Source: Betaproteobacteria bacterium (GTDB lineage Bacteria > Pseudomonadota > Gammaproteobacteria > Burkholderiales > SG8-41). From it: DNA of 44,857 nt. Shown one piece after another: positions 20,259-29,196 of this stretch. How positions within the stretch are numbered: position 1 is the stretch's first letter; every line of letters begins with the position of its first letter. Below the pieces are notes generated by a model that did no database searches, was not told where the DNA came from, and was given only the letters and a program-made list of their open reading frames with translations. Position numbers and translations under genes: made by a program. The stretch lies in NCBI GenBank assembly GCA_947465215.1, contig CANHZX010000003.1, positions 1-44,857 of the forward strand, in the 5' to 3' direction.

Positions 20259-21356
20259 TCAAAGTTCCAGCGGCCGGCCGTATCCCGTCAGTTCCAGATA
20301 GCCGCTGCCGATGCGTTTCCCTTTACTGAAAGCCCGCACGGCACCTTCCCAGTAAACAGCGCCGGTCGTCTGCCGGGTGTCGTTCTCCTGGTCATCCATC
20401 AGTGCTTGTAATTCGATTTCCAGGGAACCGATGTTGACGCGGAAGGCCACCGGGTATCGCGTCCCCGTGCGCGGCGATTGCCACAGGCGCAGTGCGGTGA
20501 AACGGATGGCGTCGGCGGTATAAACACGGATGTTGCCGGAGGCCTCGCGCAGCTTGGCAGCCGCCCACAGTGGCTGCTGCGTATTTACCTGACGCATTTG
20601 AAATACCATTAGCGCACCGCCATCATCCAGATTGATGCCGATCCAGTCCCAGCCTGCTGCGGTTTCGGGCAGATAGGCCGAAGACCATTCATGATCCAGC
20701 CAGGCTTTGCCGCTGACTTCGCGAAATACGCCGCTTGTACGCAGAGCTCCGCTGACCTGCAGATGCGGAACGCTGTAGTAATGGCTGGCTGCATCAGCTC
20801 CCGGACCTTTTCGGCTGTAGCCATTGGCACCTTGCAGCAGCAAGGGTTGTGTTGTGTTCATCTGGAGATTGAGCGCCAGTTCCGGCGTTTCGATACGCGA
20901 CTCATAACCGCTGCCGCGCCGGTTCAGTTGCCAGTTGTCGAGCCATACCTTCGTATCGTTTTCGCTTGCGCCGGCCAATCCGAATACGGCACGCGCCGCT
21001 TTCTGGCTATGAATCAGCCTGCTCTGTGCCGGATCGGCGATTGCGGCGTGGGCAATGATGATCTGCTCCGGATTAAAAGCGCTGGGGTTGCCGGCGGGTA
21101 ACTGCGGTCGGGCGCGGAAAAACGTGATCTGGAAGCCGAGTTCGCGCGCATCCTGATCCTGCAGCCAGCCGGTGATGTACCACCACTCGATGCGGAATGC
21201 GGGGTGACTGCCGTGATCCCGGGGAAAATGCAGCAGGTGTCCGGGCTCGGCCTTGGCGGACCTGTTTTGTGTAGCGTTCGCAGAAGCAAGGCCGCCGCTG
21301 CTGCAGTAGGCGGCCATGACGGCCAGCAGCAGGCGTCTTCTTGAGGGACGGTGCAT
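20259..21356 (-). CDS. Secreted lipocalin-like / AttH (CrtC-like) protein with Tat-type signal peptide
   Basis: Start MHRPSRRRLLL (TGATG overlap with the permease stop); FPRDHGSHP, EWWYITG, WLDHEWSS, GWDW, YWEGAV, GYLELTGY. Confidence 0.85.
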   Translation of the reverse strand: MHRPSRRRLLLAVMAAYCSSGGLASANATQNRSAKAEPGHLLHFPRDHGSHPAFRIEWWYITGWLQDQDARELGFQITFFRARPQLPAGNPSAFNPEQIIIAHAAIADPAQSRLIHSQKAARAVFGLAGASENDTKVWLDNWQLNRRGSGYESRIETPELALNLQMNTTQPLLLQGANGYSRKGPGADAASHYYSVPHLQVSGALRTSGVFREVSGKAWLDHEWSSAYLPETAAGWDWIGINLDDGGALMVFQMRQVNTQQPLWAAAKLREASGNIRVYTADAIRFTALRLWQSPRTGTRYPVAFRVNIGSLEIELQALMDDQENDTRQTTGAVYWEGAVRAFSKGKRIGSGYLELTGYGRPLEL

Positions 21357-23866
21357 CACCAGTCCTCGCGCACGGCAGCGACCGTATCGCTGCGCATCAC
21401 GCTGCGCGCACTGACGACTGCGGTAGCAGATGCACAGGCTGCGGTAATGGTGAACAGCACCAGCAGCTGCAGCCAGGGCATGTGCAGTTCCATGCTCCAA
21501 TGAAATGACTGGCGGTTGATGACATGGATCAGCACGATGCCGATGACAGTGCCGACCGCAAGACCGCTCAGTGCGCCCACGCTGGCAGTCAGGGCACCTT
21601 CACCGGCAAGCATTGCGGAAATTTGACCCCGCGTCATGCCGAGATGACGCAGTACGCCAAACTCACGCCGTCGCGCCAGTGCCTGCACGCTGAAAGCCAC
21701 GCTGACGCCAAACAGCCCGACGATCAACGCCGCCAGTTCCAGGGCCCAGGTGATGGCAAAGGTGCGGTCGAAAATGCCAAGGGAAATTTTACGGATGGTG
21801 CTGGCGCTGACGATTTCAATGGCGGCATTGGCTGGCAGGGCCGCGCGCAAAGCCTGCTCAGCAGCGGCTGCTGTCGTATCAGGTGACAGCCGGATGGCGG
21901 CATCGTTGGCGGAATGATCGCGTGTCCAGCTACGGTAAAGATCGCGGCTGACGATTGCAGCGCCGTTCTGCCTCGAATAATCGCGCCAGATGCCGGCAAC
22001 GGTGAATGTGCGAGCAGTTCCGCCAACGGGAAGGGTGACGGTCTGTCCGGTTTTCCAGTCCATGAGGGCGGCGGCGATTTCACTGATCCATAACGCCGGC
22101 GGCGAGTCAGGCAGCAGTGTTGCCGGCGGACTGATCAGGGGGAGTGTGCGGGACACGTCCTCTCCCGGCAGATCGCGAGCGATCAGCGTCAGCGCAGGCT
22201 GATCGGCATGGATCAGCAGGCTCTGGAAGCGCGTAAATGCAACTGATGCCACTCCAGCAGTGGCTGCAATGTGTTGTTGCTCAGCCGGTGAAAGCACCGC
22301 GGTTTCTCCCGCGACGGCAGCCCTCAGATACAAATCCGCCGGCAGAACCTGATCCAGCCAGCTGTCCAGTGACTGACGGAATGAAAGCACCATGATCAGC
22401 ATTGCGACCACCAGGCTGAAGCTGACCAGGATGGCGGCCACGCTGATGGCGACATGTCGTGGCGTTGCTTTCAGCTGGGCCAGCCCCAGTTCAAGCGCCG
22501 GAACTGACGTCAGCTTTGCCGGGGACAGCAGAATGCCGGTCAGTGCCGGCATTAAAAGCACTGCGCCGATCAGCAGCAGCGCGATCGCGCCATAGCCTGC
22601 CAGAGGCAGGCCGCCAAGCGGCGGAAGCAGGGACAGCAGTGCGCCGGTAAGCATGGTGGCCAGACCGGCCGCAATCCACTTCGGACGATGCAGCGTGTCA
22701 TCGTCATCGTGGGCATGCAGTTCGCTGGCGGGTTGGCGTCGCGCCGCATCCCAAGCAGGAACTGTGGCACCGATGATGGCGAAAGCCATACCCAGTCCGA
22801 GAAAGGCGAGCAGCGTCAACGGCTCGACAATCAGCTCGGCATTGAGGTTGCGGAAATAGTCGGCGCCCAGATCGGCGCCGGCCAAGGCCATGGCCTGCAC
22901 GGCCAGAAGATAGCCGCCGCCGAGGCCGATCAATCCGCCGATCAATCCGAGCAGCGCGCCTTCTGCTACCAGCCAGCCCAGCACGGTGCCACGCGTAACG
23001 CCGAGTGCGCGCAGCAATGCGATCTGCGTGCGCCGGCGCAGCAGCGCCAGAACCTGCGAGGAGAACACCATGAACGTGCCGGTGAACAGGGCGATCAACG
23101 CCAGCATGTCGAGGTTGAGGCGGTAGGCGCGGGTGATTGCGAGACCGCGCTCGCTGTCGGTCTGCGGCGTGACAGCATGAACACCCGGTGGCAATTGCGT
23201 TTGCAATTGCCTGCGGAAGGTCTCGGCATCAATGCCTGAAGCGAGCCGCAGATCGATACGGCTGATGAGGCCGGTACGTTCGAATCGCCATTGCATGCCT
23301 GCAATGTCCATCAGCCCGAGGTGCTGGCGATAGCTGGCGTCGGGAATAATCTCGACGACGCGCAAAGGTAAAGGCTTCATGCCGACCTTGAAGGTGACCG
23401 TGCTGCCGACGGCTGCATCCAGTGCTCGGGCTGCACTCGTGGACAGGCGTATGGCATCCGTATCAAACAGCGCGTTGCGTGCGCCATTGTCTGCGCCGGC
23501 CAGTTGCGGTTGCAGTGCATAGGCCCTGAGGGCATCGATGCCGATGATTTTCAGCGTATCGCGGCGGCCGTGGAGTGCGGCCTCCATTTCAAGAACGGGG
23601 CTGGCTGCGACCACACCGGCCATTTTTGCGATCGTCGGATAGAGCTGTTCATCAAAGCCGGTGCGGCCACCCTGCACAACAAGATCGGCTTCGCCGGCCA
23701 ACTGGCGTGCAGCGCGGCCGAACTCTCCGGCAGCACTGGCATTAATCAGGTGAACGGCAAGACCGAGCGCCACGCCGATGGCAATGGCGACGACTGCCAG
23801 CAGCGAGCGTCCCGGCGCAGCGCGCAGGGGGCCGCTGACCAGAGCATGCCAGACGGCGGCGTTCAT
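21356..23866 (-). CDS. ABC transporter permease, duplicated FtsX/MacB-like
   Basis: 836 aa; two MacB-type halves (RRTQIALLRALG; RRREFGVLRHLG) with large periplasmic loops. Confidence 0.9.
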   Translation of the reverse strand: MNAAVWHALVSGPLRAAPGRSLLAVVAIAIGVALGLAVHLINASAAGEFGRAARQLAGEADLVVQGGRTGFDEQLYPTIAKMAGVVAASPVLEMEAALHGRRDTLKIIGIDALRAYALQPQLAGADNGARNALFDTDAIRLSTSAARALDAAVGSTVTFKVGMKPLPLRVVEIIPDASYRQHLGLMDIAGMQWRFERTGLISRIDLRLASGIDAETFRRQLQTQLPPGVHAVTPQTDSERGLAITRAYRLNLDMLALIALFTGTFMVFSSQVLALLRRRTQIALLRALGVTRGTVLGWLVAEGALLGLIGGLIGLGGGYLLAVQAMALAGADLGADYFRNLNAELIVEPLTLLAFLGLGMAFAIIGATVPAWDAARRQPASELHAHDDDDTLHRPKWIAAGLATMLTGALLSLLPPLGGLPLAGYGAIALLLIGAVLLMPALTGILLSPAKLTSVPALELGLAQLKATPRHVAISVAAILVSFSLVVAMLIMVLSFRQSLDSWLDQVLPADLYLRAAVAGETAVLSPAEQQHIAATAGVASVAFTRFQSLLIHADQPALTLIARDLPGEDVSRTLPLISPPATLLPDSPPALWISEIAAALMDWKTGQTVTLPVGGTARTFTVAGIWRDYSRQNGAAIVSRDLYRSWTRDHSANDAAIRLSPDTTAAAAEQALRAALPANAAIEIVSASTIRKISLGIFDRTFAITWALELAALIVGLFGVSVAFSVQALARRREFGVLRHLGMTRGQISAMLAGEGALTASVGALSGLAVGTVIGIVLIHVINRQSFHWSMELHMPWLQLLVLFTITAACASATAVVSARSVMRSDTVAAVREDW

Positions 23867-24549
23867 GCCGCGTGCAATGCGCCGTGATGCAGCCGGTAGA
23901 TGCGGTCGGCGGTTGCTGCTGCGGCACTGGAGTGGGTAACGAGAATGCCGATGCTGCGCTGTGCCTTAACGCGTTCTCGCAGCAAGCGCAGCACGACATC
24001 GGCGCTGTCAGCATCGAGATTTCCGGTGGGCTCATCCGCCAGCACCAGCTTGGGTTCGTGGGCCAGCGCTCTGGCCACGGCTACCCTCTGCGATTCACCG
24101 CCGGATAGGGTGCCGGGGAAACGGTGAATGGCTTCGGTGAGTCCAACGGCCGACAGTTCTGCATAGGCTTTACTCTGGGCCTCGCGATGGGTGACGCCAT
24201 TGAGTTTCAGAGTCAGTGCTGCGTTATCGAGAACCGTGAGGTAAGGCAGCAGCAGGAAGGCCTGGAAAACAAAGCCGATGTCACGTCGGCGCATGCGTGT
24301 CCGGGTGTTGTCATCCAGACCGGTAATTTCACGGTTGTGCAGTTTGACGCTACCGCTGTCGGGCAGGTCCAGTCCGGCGATGAGGTTCAACAGTGTCGAT
24401 TTACCGCAGCCGGAATCACCAACGATCGCTATATAGTCGCCCGGTGACAGCTCGAGATTGATGTCCTGAAGAATGGAGCGTGGCGCGGGGCCGGGATAGG
24501 TTTTGTGGAGATGGGACAGGCTCAGCATGGCAGACGCATTATGGGGCAC
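23863..24549 (-). CDS. ABC transporter ATP-binding protein (LolD/MacB-like); alternative start 24528
   Basis: GDSGCGKST, LSGGESQR, LADEPTGNLD, VTH. Confidence 0.93.
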   Translation of the reverse strand: MPHNASAMLSLSHLHKTYPGPAPRSILQDINLELSPGDYIAIVGDSGCGKSTLLNLIAGLDLPDSGSVKLHNREITGLDDNTRTRMRRRDIGFVFQAFLLLPYLTVLDNAALTLKLNGVTHREAQSKAYAELSAVGLTEAIHRFPGTLSGGESQRVAVARALAHEPKLVLADEPTGNLDADSADVVLRLLRERVKAQRSIGILVTHSSAAAATADRIYRLHHGALHAA

Positions 24550-24696
24550 GGCGTCGTCCGATCCGTGCGGGCCCGAAGGCTTGTCATGGACGCCGCTTTA
24601 ATCGTTTGAAACCAATTGATACCATCCGGACTCTCAACACGCAGTGGTATGATTGCTCGAGTTTTTGAAATAGACCGCAACAAAGGATAAATTTCA

Positions 24697-25677
24697 ATGA
24701 AAACAAATGCTTATAATATTCCGAGAACAGTGCTTGGGATTTTTGTGGCAGCTCTCTCGTTGCCGCTGGCTGCTCAGTCCTACCCGTCGAAGCCAATCCG
24801 CATGATCATCCCGTTTTCCGCTGGCGGTGCCGCTGATGTGCCGGGCCGGATTGTGACGCAGCGGCTTACCGAATCGCTGAAACAGCAGGTACTGGTGGAT
24901 AACCGGCCAGGCGCCGGATCGACCATCGGCGCGGATGCGGCTGCCAAAGCGGCACCCGACGGCTACACGGTATTCATGATCAGCAATACGCATTTCGTCA
25001 GCGCAGCCCTTTACAAAAAACTCGGCTATGACTCGCTGAATGATTTCACCCCGGTGACACAGATCACCAGTGCACCCAATGTGATGGTTGTACATCCCTC
25101 ACTTCCGGCAAAATCGGTGAAAGAACTGATCGCGCTGGCCAAAGCCAAGCCGGGCCAGATTGACTACGCGTCTTCGGGTAACGGCAGCACGCAGCATCTG
25201 TCCGGCGCTTTGTTTGCCAATATGGCCGGCATCAAGATCACGCATATTCCCTACCGCGGCAGCGGTCCGGTGACGGCCGATCTTCTTGGCGGTCAGGTGC
25301 AACTGGCATTTCCCGGCATTGCTGGCATGCTGCCTCATATCAAGACCGGCAAACTGCGTCCGCTGGGTGTGACCGGTAGCAAACGCTCTCCCGAGCTGCC
25401 GGATGTACCGACCATCGCTGAAGCCGGGGTCAAGGGTTATGAAATGGTGGCTTGGTTCGGCGTGTCAGGTCCCAAGGGGTTGCCGCGCGACATCCAGATG
25501 AAGCTCCATGGCGAATTGCTCAAAGTGCTGAAGACGCCGGAAATGAGCAAGAGCCTGCAGGCCGCCGGTCAGGAACCGGCCTGGCAGGATACGCCGGAGA
25601 AATTCTTCGACTTCCTCAAGGTTGAGGCCGACAAGTGGGCCAAGATCGTCAAGGCCAGCGGCGCCGAGATCAACTGA
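24697..25677 (+). CDS. Tripartite tricarboxylate transporter substrate-binding protein (Bug/TctC)
   Basis: Signal peptide; YPSKPIRMIIPFSAGG, NRPGAG, PDGYT, HIPYRGS, PDVPTIAE. Confidence 0.93.
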   Translation: MKTNAYNIPRTVLGIFVAALSLPLAAQSYPSKPIRMIIPFSAGGAADVPGRIVTQRLTESLKQQVLVDNRPGAGSTIGADAAAKAAPDGYTVFMISNTHFVSAALYKKLGYDSLNDFTPVTQITSAPNVMVVHPSLPAKSVKELIALAKAKPGQIDYASSGNGSTQHLSGALFANMAGIKITHIPYRGSGPVTADLLGGQVQLAFPGIAGMLPHIKTGKLRPLGVTGSKRSPELPDVPTIAEAGVKGYEMVAWFGVSGPKGLPRDIQMKLHGELLKVLKTPEMSKSLQAAGQEPAWQDTPEKFFDFLKVEADKWAKIVKASGAEIN

Positions 25678-25695
25678 TCGCGTTGCCGTTGGATT

Positions 25696-25728
25696 AAAAA
25701 AAACGCCGCCTCTCGGGCGGCGTTTTTT
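25696..25728. terminator. Bidirectional Rho-independent terminator
   Basis: AAAAAAAACGCCGCC-TCTCG-GGCGGCGTTTTTT between convergent genes. Confidence 0.88.
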
Positions 25729-25741
25729 ATGGGGCTTCGGG

Positions 25742-26623
25742 TCAGGCGGCGCTGCGCTGCGGCCACATGGCCGCAAGACCGTCTGCATCGGTTGCCGAAA
25801 TCGTCGTGCGCATCATGTTGCGTGGCTGGTCGTCCGGCCAGGGCCGTCCACGATGCATGGTGGCGCGGTTATCCCACATCACTACGTCACCCGGGCGCCA
25901 GCGGTGCTGGAAAATGCGTTCAGGCCGCGTCGCCATGGCCGCCAGTTCATCAATCAGTTTCAGTGCATCTTCATGTGTCATGCCGTCGATGCCGCAGGTG
26001 TGCGACGCGATATACAAGGCGTCCCGGCCGTTGACCGGATTGCGCCAGCGGATACGCCAGGATACCGGCGGCATCGTCGAACGTTCGCGTTCCGAGGCGA
26101 GATGCTCAGCGATTTTTCCGCGGGAATGGGCATAGTCATGGCTGGCGAACGCGTTGTCGAGTTTTGCACGCAGACTGTCATCGAGACTGTCCCATGCCTG
26201 GCGCATGGACACGAATTCGGTTTCACCGCCGGTGGTGGCCACCACGCGTGCAGACAGTACGGAGGCCAGTGCAGGCGGTATCTTGAAGCAGCTGTCGGTA
26301 TGCCAAAGCTGGTTGGCACGGGCGCGCAGGGCTTCCTTGTGATCCGGCGGCACCAGCGTGCCGTCGGGTTCGATATTGGTCAGGATGCTGAACGGCGTAC
26401 CTTCGCCGCGAGAAGCCGCTTTGGCGGTTTCCAGCGGACCGAAGCGGCGTGAGAAGGCAACCTGCAATTCATCAGTGATCGGCTGGTTGCGGAATACCAG
26501 CACAGAGTGTTCTTCGAATGCCGCACGCACAGCGGCATAAACACCATTGTCGGCAGCGACTTCGGCCATGCCGGCGCCACGAATTTCTGCGGCGAATCCC
26601 GGCCCCAGAGGTATCACGTCCAT
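25742..26623 (-). CDS. TauD/TfdA family Fe(II)/2-oxoglutarate dioxygenase
   Basis: Start MDVIPLGPGF with GAGGAG RBS; ANQLWHTDS (HxD), GGETEF, WDNRATMHRG. Confidence 0.9.
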   Translation of the reverse strand: MDVIPLGPGFAAEIRGAGMAEVAADNGVYAAVRAAFEEHSVLVFRNQPITDELQVAFSRRFGPLETAKAASRGEGTPFSILTNIEPDGTLVPPDHKEALRARANQLWHTDSCFKIPPALASVLSARVVATTGGETEFVSMRQAWDSLDDSLRAKLDNAFASHDYAHSRGKIAEHLASERERSTMPPVSWRIRWRNPVNGRDALYIASHTCGIDGMTHEDALKLIDELAAMATRPERIFQHRWRPGDVVMWDNRATMHRGRPWPDDQPRNMMRTTISATDADGLAAMWPQRSAA

Positions 26624-26655
26624 TGGTCTGCTCCTCAACTGACGCTGGTTGCGTC

Positions 26656-27099
26656 TTATGTCTTGAATTCTACGCTTTGCAGCGTGGGGAAATTCGCGGG
26701 GGTCACGATATGGAACGGCAGGCGATAACGCGCCTTGGCGAGCTTGAGTAGTGCGCGATCCTTGGTGAGCAGGCACCAGGCATTGGCACCAGCGGCAAGC
26801 GCGAGAAATTTCTGATCATCGGGGTCGCGGCACTGCGGCAGGGCTCCGACTGACGGTGTGCTGACAAGTCGGGCGATCCTGCGAAAGCGCTGGATGCAGG
26901 CGGCCTGTGCTGCAGCGTCCAGCGTCCATTTCTGTAGCGGGTAATCCAGAACGCGAACCAGTTCGGCATCGCAGTCCGCATCAATGATGATTTCGGCTTT
27001 GCCGTCATTCACCAGCGACTGCACCGGCGCCAGTCCGGCATCATTGAACACCAGCCAGTCGAGCCAGACGTTGGTATCCAGCACCAGCTGTAGCGGCAT
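26656..27099 (-). CDS. PIN-domain protein (putative TA toxin-type family)
   Basis: LVLDTNVW, CRDPDDQKFL, LLTKDRALL. Confidence 0.85.
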   Translation of the reverse strand: MPLQLVLDTNVWLDWLVFNDAGLAPVQSLVNDGKAEIIIDADCDAELVRVLDYPLQKWTLDAAAQAACIQRFRRIARLVSTPSVGALPQCRDPDDQKFLALAAGANAWCLLTKDRALLKLAKARYRLPFHIVTPANFPTLQSVEFKT

Positions 27100-27103
27100 G
27101 GAA

Positions 27104-27571
27104 TCAGGCGGGTTTTGCGACAGGGTGGGGGTGCTGCTTCAGCGATTTCCAGGTTGAAGTGGCATAAGCAATCATTTCGCCATTTTCATCGACCAGCTCG
27201 GAGCGCAGGAAGGAAATGCTGCCGCCATGGCGGATGAACCGTGCCGTGCAGGTCAGCCGTCCGGAACGAGCGGCTTTCAGATATTGCACTTTCATTTCGA
27301 TGGTGGCACCAGGGCCGCTGGTTTGGCGCAACAGGTGTCCCATGGAGATGTCGAGCACGAAGGCCGAAATGCCTCCGTGCAGGCCGCCTTGCGGATTGAA
27401 CATGAAGTCCTTCAGGTCGAAGGTAATCACGCATTCATCGGCGGTATAGGCCAGTTCGAGTCCGAACAGCCGGGCCAGAAAAAATTTACCGAAATCCTGT
27501 TCGTAGGTGGCAAGTGCATTTTCAAACGCGGCGCGGGCAGCGTTTTCGTCGATATGTGTTTTTCGGGTCAT
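27104..27571 (-). CDS. PaaI family (hotdog) thioesterase
   Basis: NPQGGLHGGISAFVLDISMG; start at MTRKTHID. Confidence 0.85.
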   Translation of the reverse strand: MTRKTHIDENAARAAFENALATYEQDFGKFFLARLFGLELAYTADECVITFDLKDFMFNPQGGLHGGISAFVLDISMGHLLRQTSGPGATIEMKVQYLKAARSGRLTCTARFIRHGGSISFLRSELVDENGEMIAYATSTWKSLKQHPHPVAKPA

Positions 27572-27685
27572 GGCCGTCTGCAAAAGGCGCAATCCTAACA
27601 TCGGTCCATGCAGGGCGCGATGCCCTGATCTTGCGATAGACTGCGTAAAAGCGGATTGCAGCTCAACATTGCCGGAGGAGGCAGG

Positions 27686-28681
27686 ATGTACAAATTGAAA
27701 CTGGTGCAACGGGTGTTCTTGCTGCTGGGTTTAATTTGCCCTTTGCTCGCGGCGGGTCAGCAGGGCGCATGGAAACCGGAGCGCAATGTTGAAATCATTG
27801 TCGGCACGGCTCCGGGTGCGGCACCGGACAAAACGGCACGGCTGATCCAGCGGCTGTGGCAGTCCCAGCGCATTTACGAAGGCCCGGTGACGATCATGAA
27901 CAAGCCGGGTGGGGGTAATGTCATTGCATGGACCTATCTGAATCAACAGGCCGGCAACGCGCATTACCAGATGATCGGCAATCTTAATGTGCTGATCAGC
28001 CGTTCCCTGGGGTTGAGCCCCTACGCGCACACCGATTACACCTGGATTGCCACGCTGTTTGATGAATATTTTGCATTATCGGTACGTGCCGATTCGAATA
28101 TGGCGACAGGGCGGGATCTGATAGCCCGTCTGCAGAAGGATCCGACGTCTGCGGTCATCGGCGTGTCGACGTCCATCGGCGGCGCCAATCATCTGTCGGC
28201 GGCGCTGATGTTGCAGCGGGCAGGCATTGATCCGCGTCGCGTACGTTTTGTCGCGTTCAAAGGCAGCGGTGAATCGGTGACGGCGCTTCTCGGTGGTCAC
28301 GTTGAAGCGATTTCAACAGCGGTGTCGACCACAGTGCCTTATATCCGCAACGGTCAGTTGCGGACTATCGCCGTGTCATCGCCCAAACGCCTGGGCGGCG
28401 TGCTGGCGACGGTGCCGACCTGGAGCGAGCAGGGGATCCGCGGCACGATGACCAACTTCCGCGCAGTCATGGCGCCGAAAGGAACCGATGCTGCCGCTGT
28501 CAAATTCTGGGAAAGCCGTTACGCGCAGCTGGCGGCACAGGAAGAATGGAAAAAAGACCTCGAAGAAAATCTGTGGGCGTGGAATTTTCTCGATGCCGCA
28601 AAGACGGTTGCGGCAGTGAATGAATATGCGAGCGATGTTGAGGGCTTGGTCAGCACCTTGGGCTTGCGCAAGGCACAGTAG
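27686..28681 (+). CDS. Tripartite tricarboxylate transporter substrate-binding protein (Bug/TctC)
   Basis: GGAGG RBS; WKPERNVEIIVGTAPG, NKPGGG, ALLGGHV, VPTWSEQG. Confidence 0.88.
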   Translation: MYKLKLVQRVFLLLGLICPLLAAGQQGAWKPERNVEIIVGTAPGAAPDKTARLIQRLWQSQRIYEGPVTIMNKPGGGNVIAWTYLNQQAGNAHYQMIGNLNVLISRSLGLSPYAHTDYTWIATLFDEYFALSVRADSNMATGRDLIARLQKDPTSAVIGVSTSIGGANHLSAALMLQRAGIDPRRVRFVAFKGSGESVTALLGGHVEAISTAVSTTVPYIRNGQLRTIAVSSPKRLGGVLATVPTWSEQGIRGTMTNFRAVMAPKGTDAAAVKFWESRYAQLAAQEEWKKDLEENLWAWNFLDAAKTVAAVNEYASDVEGLVSTLGLRKAQ

Positions 28682-28701
28682 GGTGGAGCAGAAAATTACT
28701 G

Positions 28702-28725
28702 TAAATATTTGATTTAAATAAATTA
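28702..28725. promoter_or_regulatory. IHF consensus site at the convergent Bug/yaiI junction
   Basis: TAAATATTTGATT; reverse complement AATCAA-ATAT-TTA matches WATCAANNNNTTR exactly, within an AT-rich tract. Confidence 0.55.
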
Positions 28726-29181
28726 ATTATCAGGCTTTGGCTGGCGGGCAATCCAGCGGTCCAGTTGCGCAGCAAAACTCTGGCGGTCGCTGTTGCTCAA
28801 GGACGGCGGACCGCCGGTCTCGACACCGCTGCTGCGCAGTGTATCCATGAAGTTGCGCATGTCGAGCAGGCCCTGAACATTGTCCTTGGTGTAGAGCTCG
28901 CCGCGGGGATTCAGTGCGCTGGCGCCTTTGGCGACGGCGGCAGCCGCAAGAGGGATATCTGCAGTAATCACCAGATCCCCGGCAACTGCCATTTCAACGA
29001 TGTGGTTGTCGGCGACATCAAAACCGCTGGGCACCTGAATCATGCGGATCCATGGTGATCGAGGTACTTGCAGGCCACGGTTCGCCACCAGCGTCAGCTG
29101 AATCGATGTGCGCTGTGCCGCCCGGAAAAGAATGTCCTTGATGACGCTTGGGCAGGCGTCGGCATCCACCCATATCGTCAT
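28723..29181 (-). CDS. yaiI: YaiI/YqxD family protein (DUF188)
   Basis: [33 protein letters not shown]. Confidence 0.92.
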   Translation of the reverse strand: MTIWVDADACPSVIKDILFRAAQRTSIQLTLVANRGLQVPRSPWIRMIQVPSGFDVADNHIVEMAVAGDLVITADIPLAAAAVAKGASALNPRGELYTKDNVQGLLDMRNFMDTLRSSGVETGGPPSLSNSDRQSFAAQLDRWIARQPKPDN

Positions 29182-29196
29182 CAGGAAAAGTTGCGC

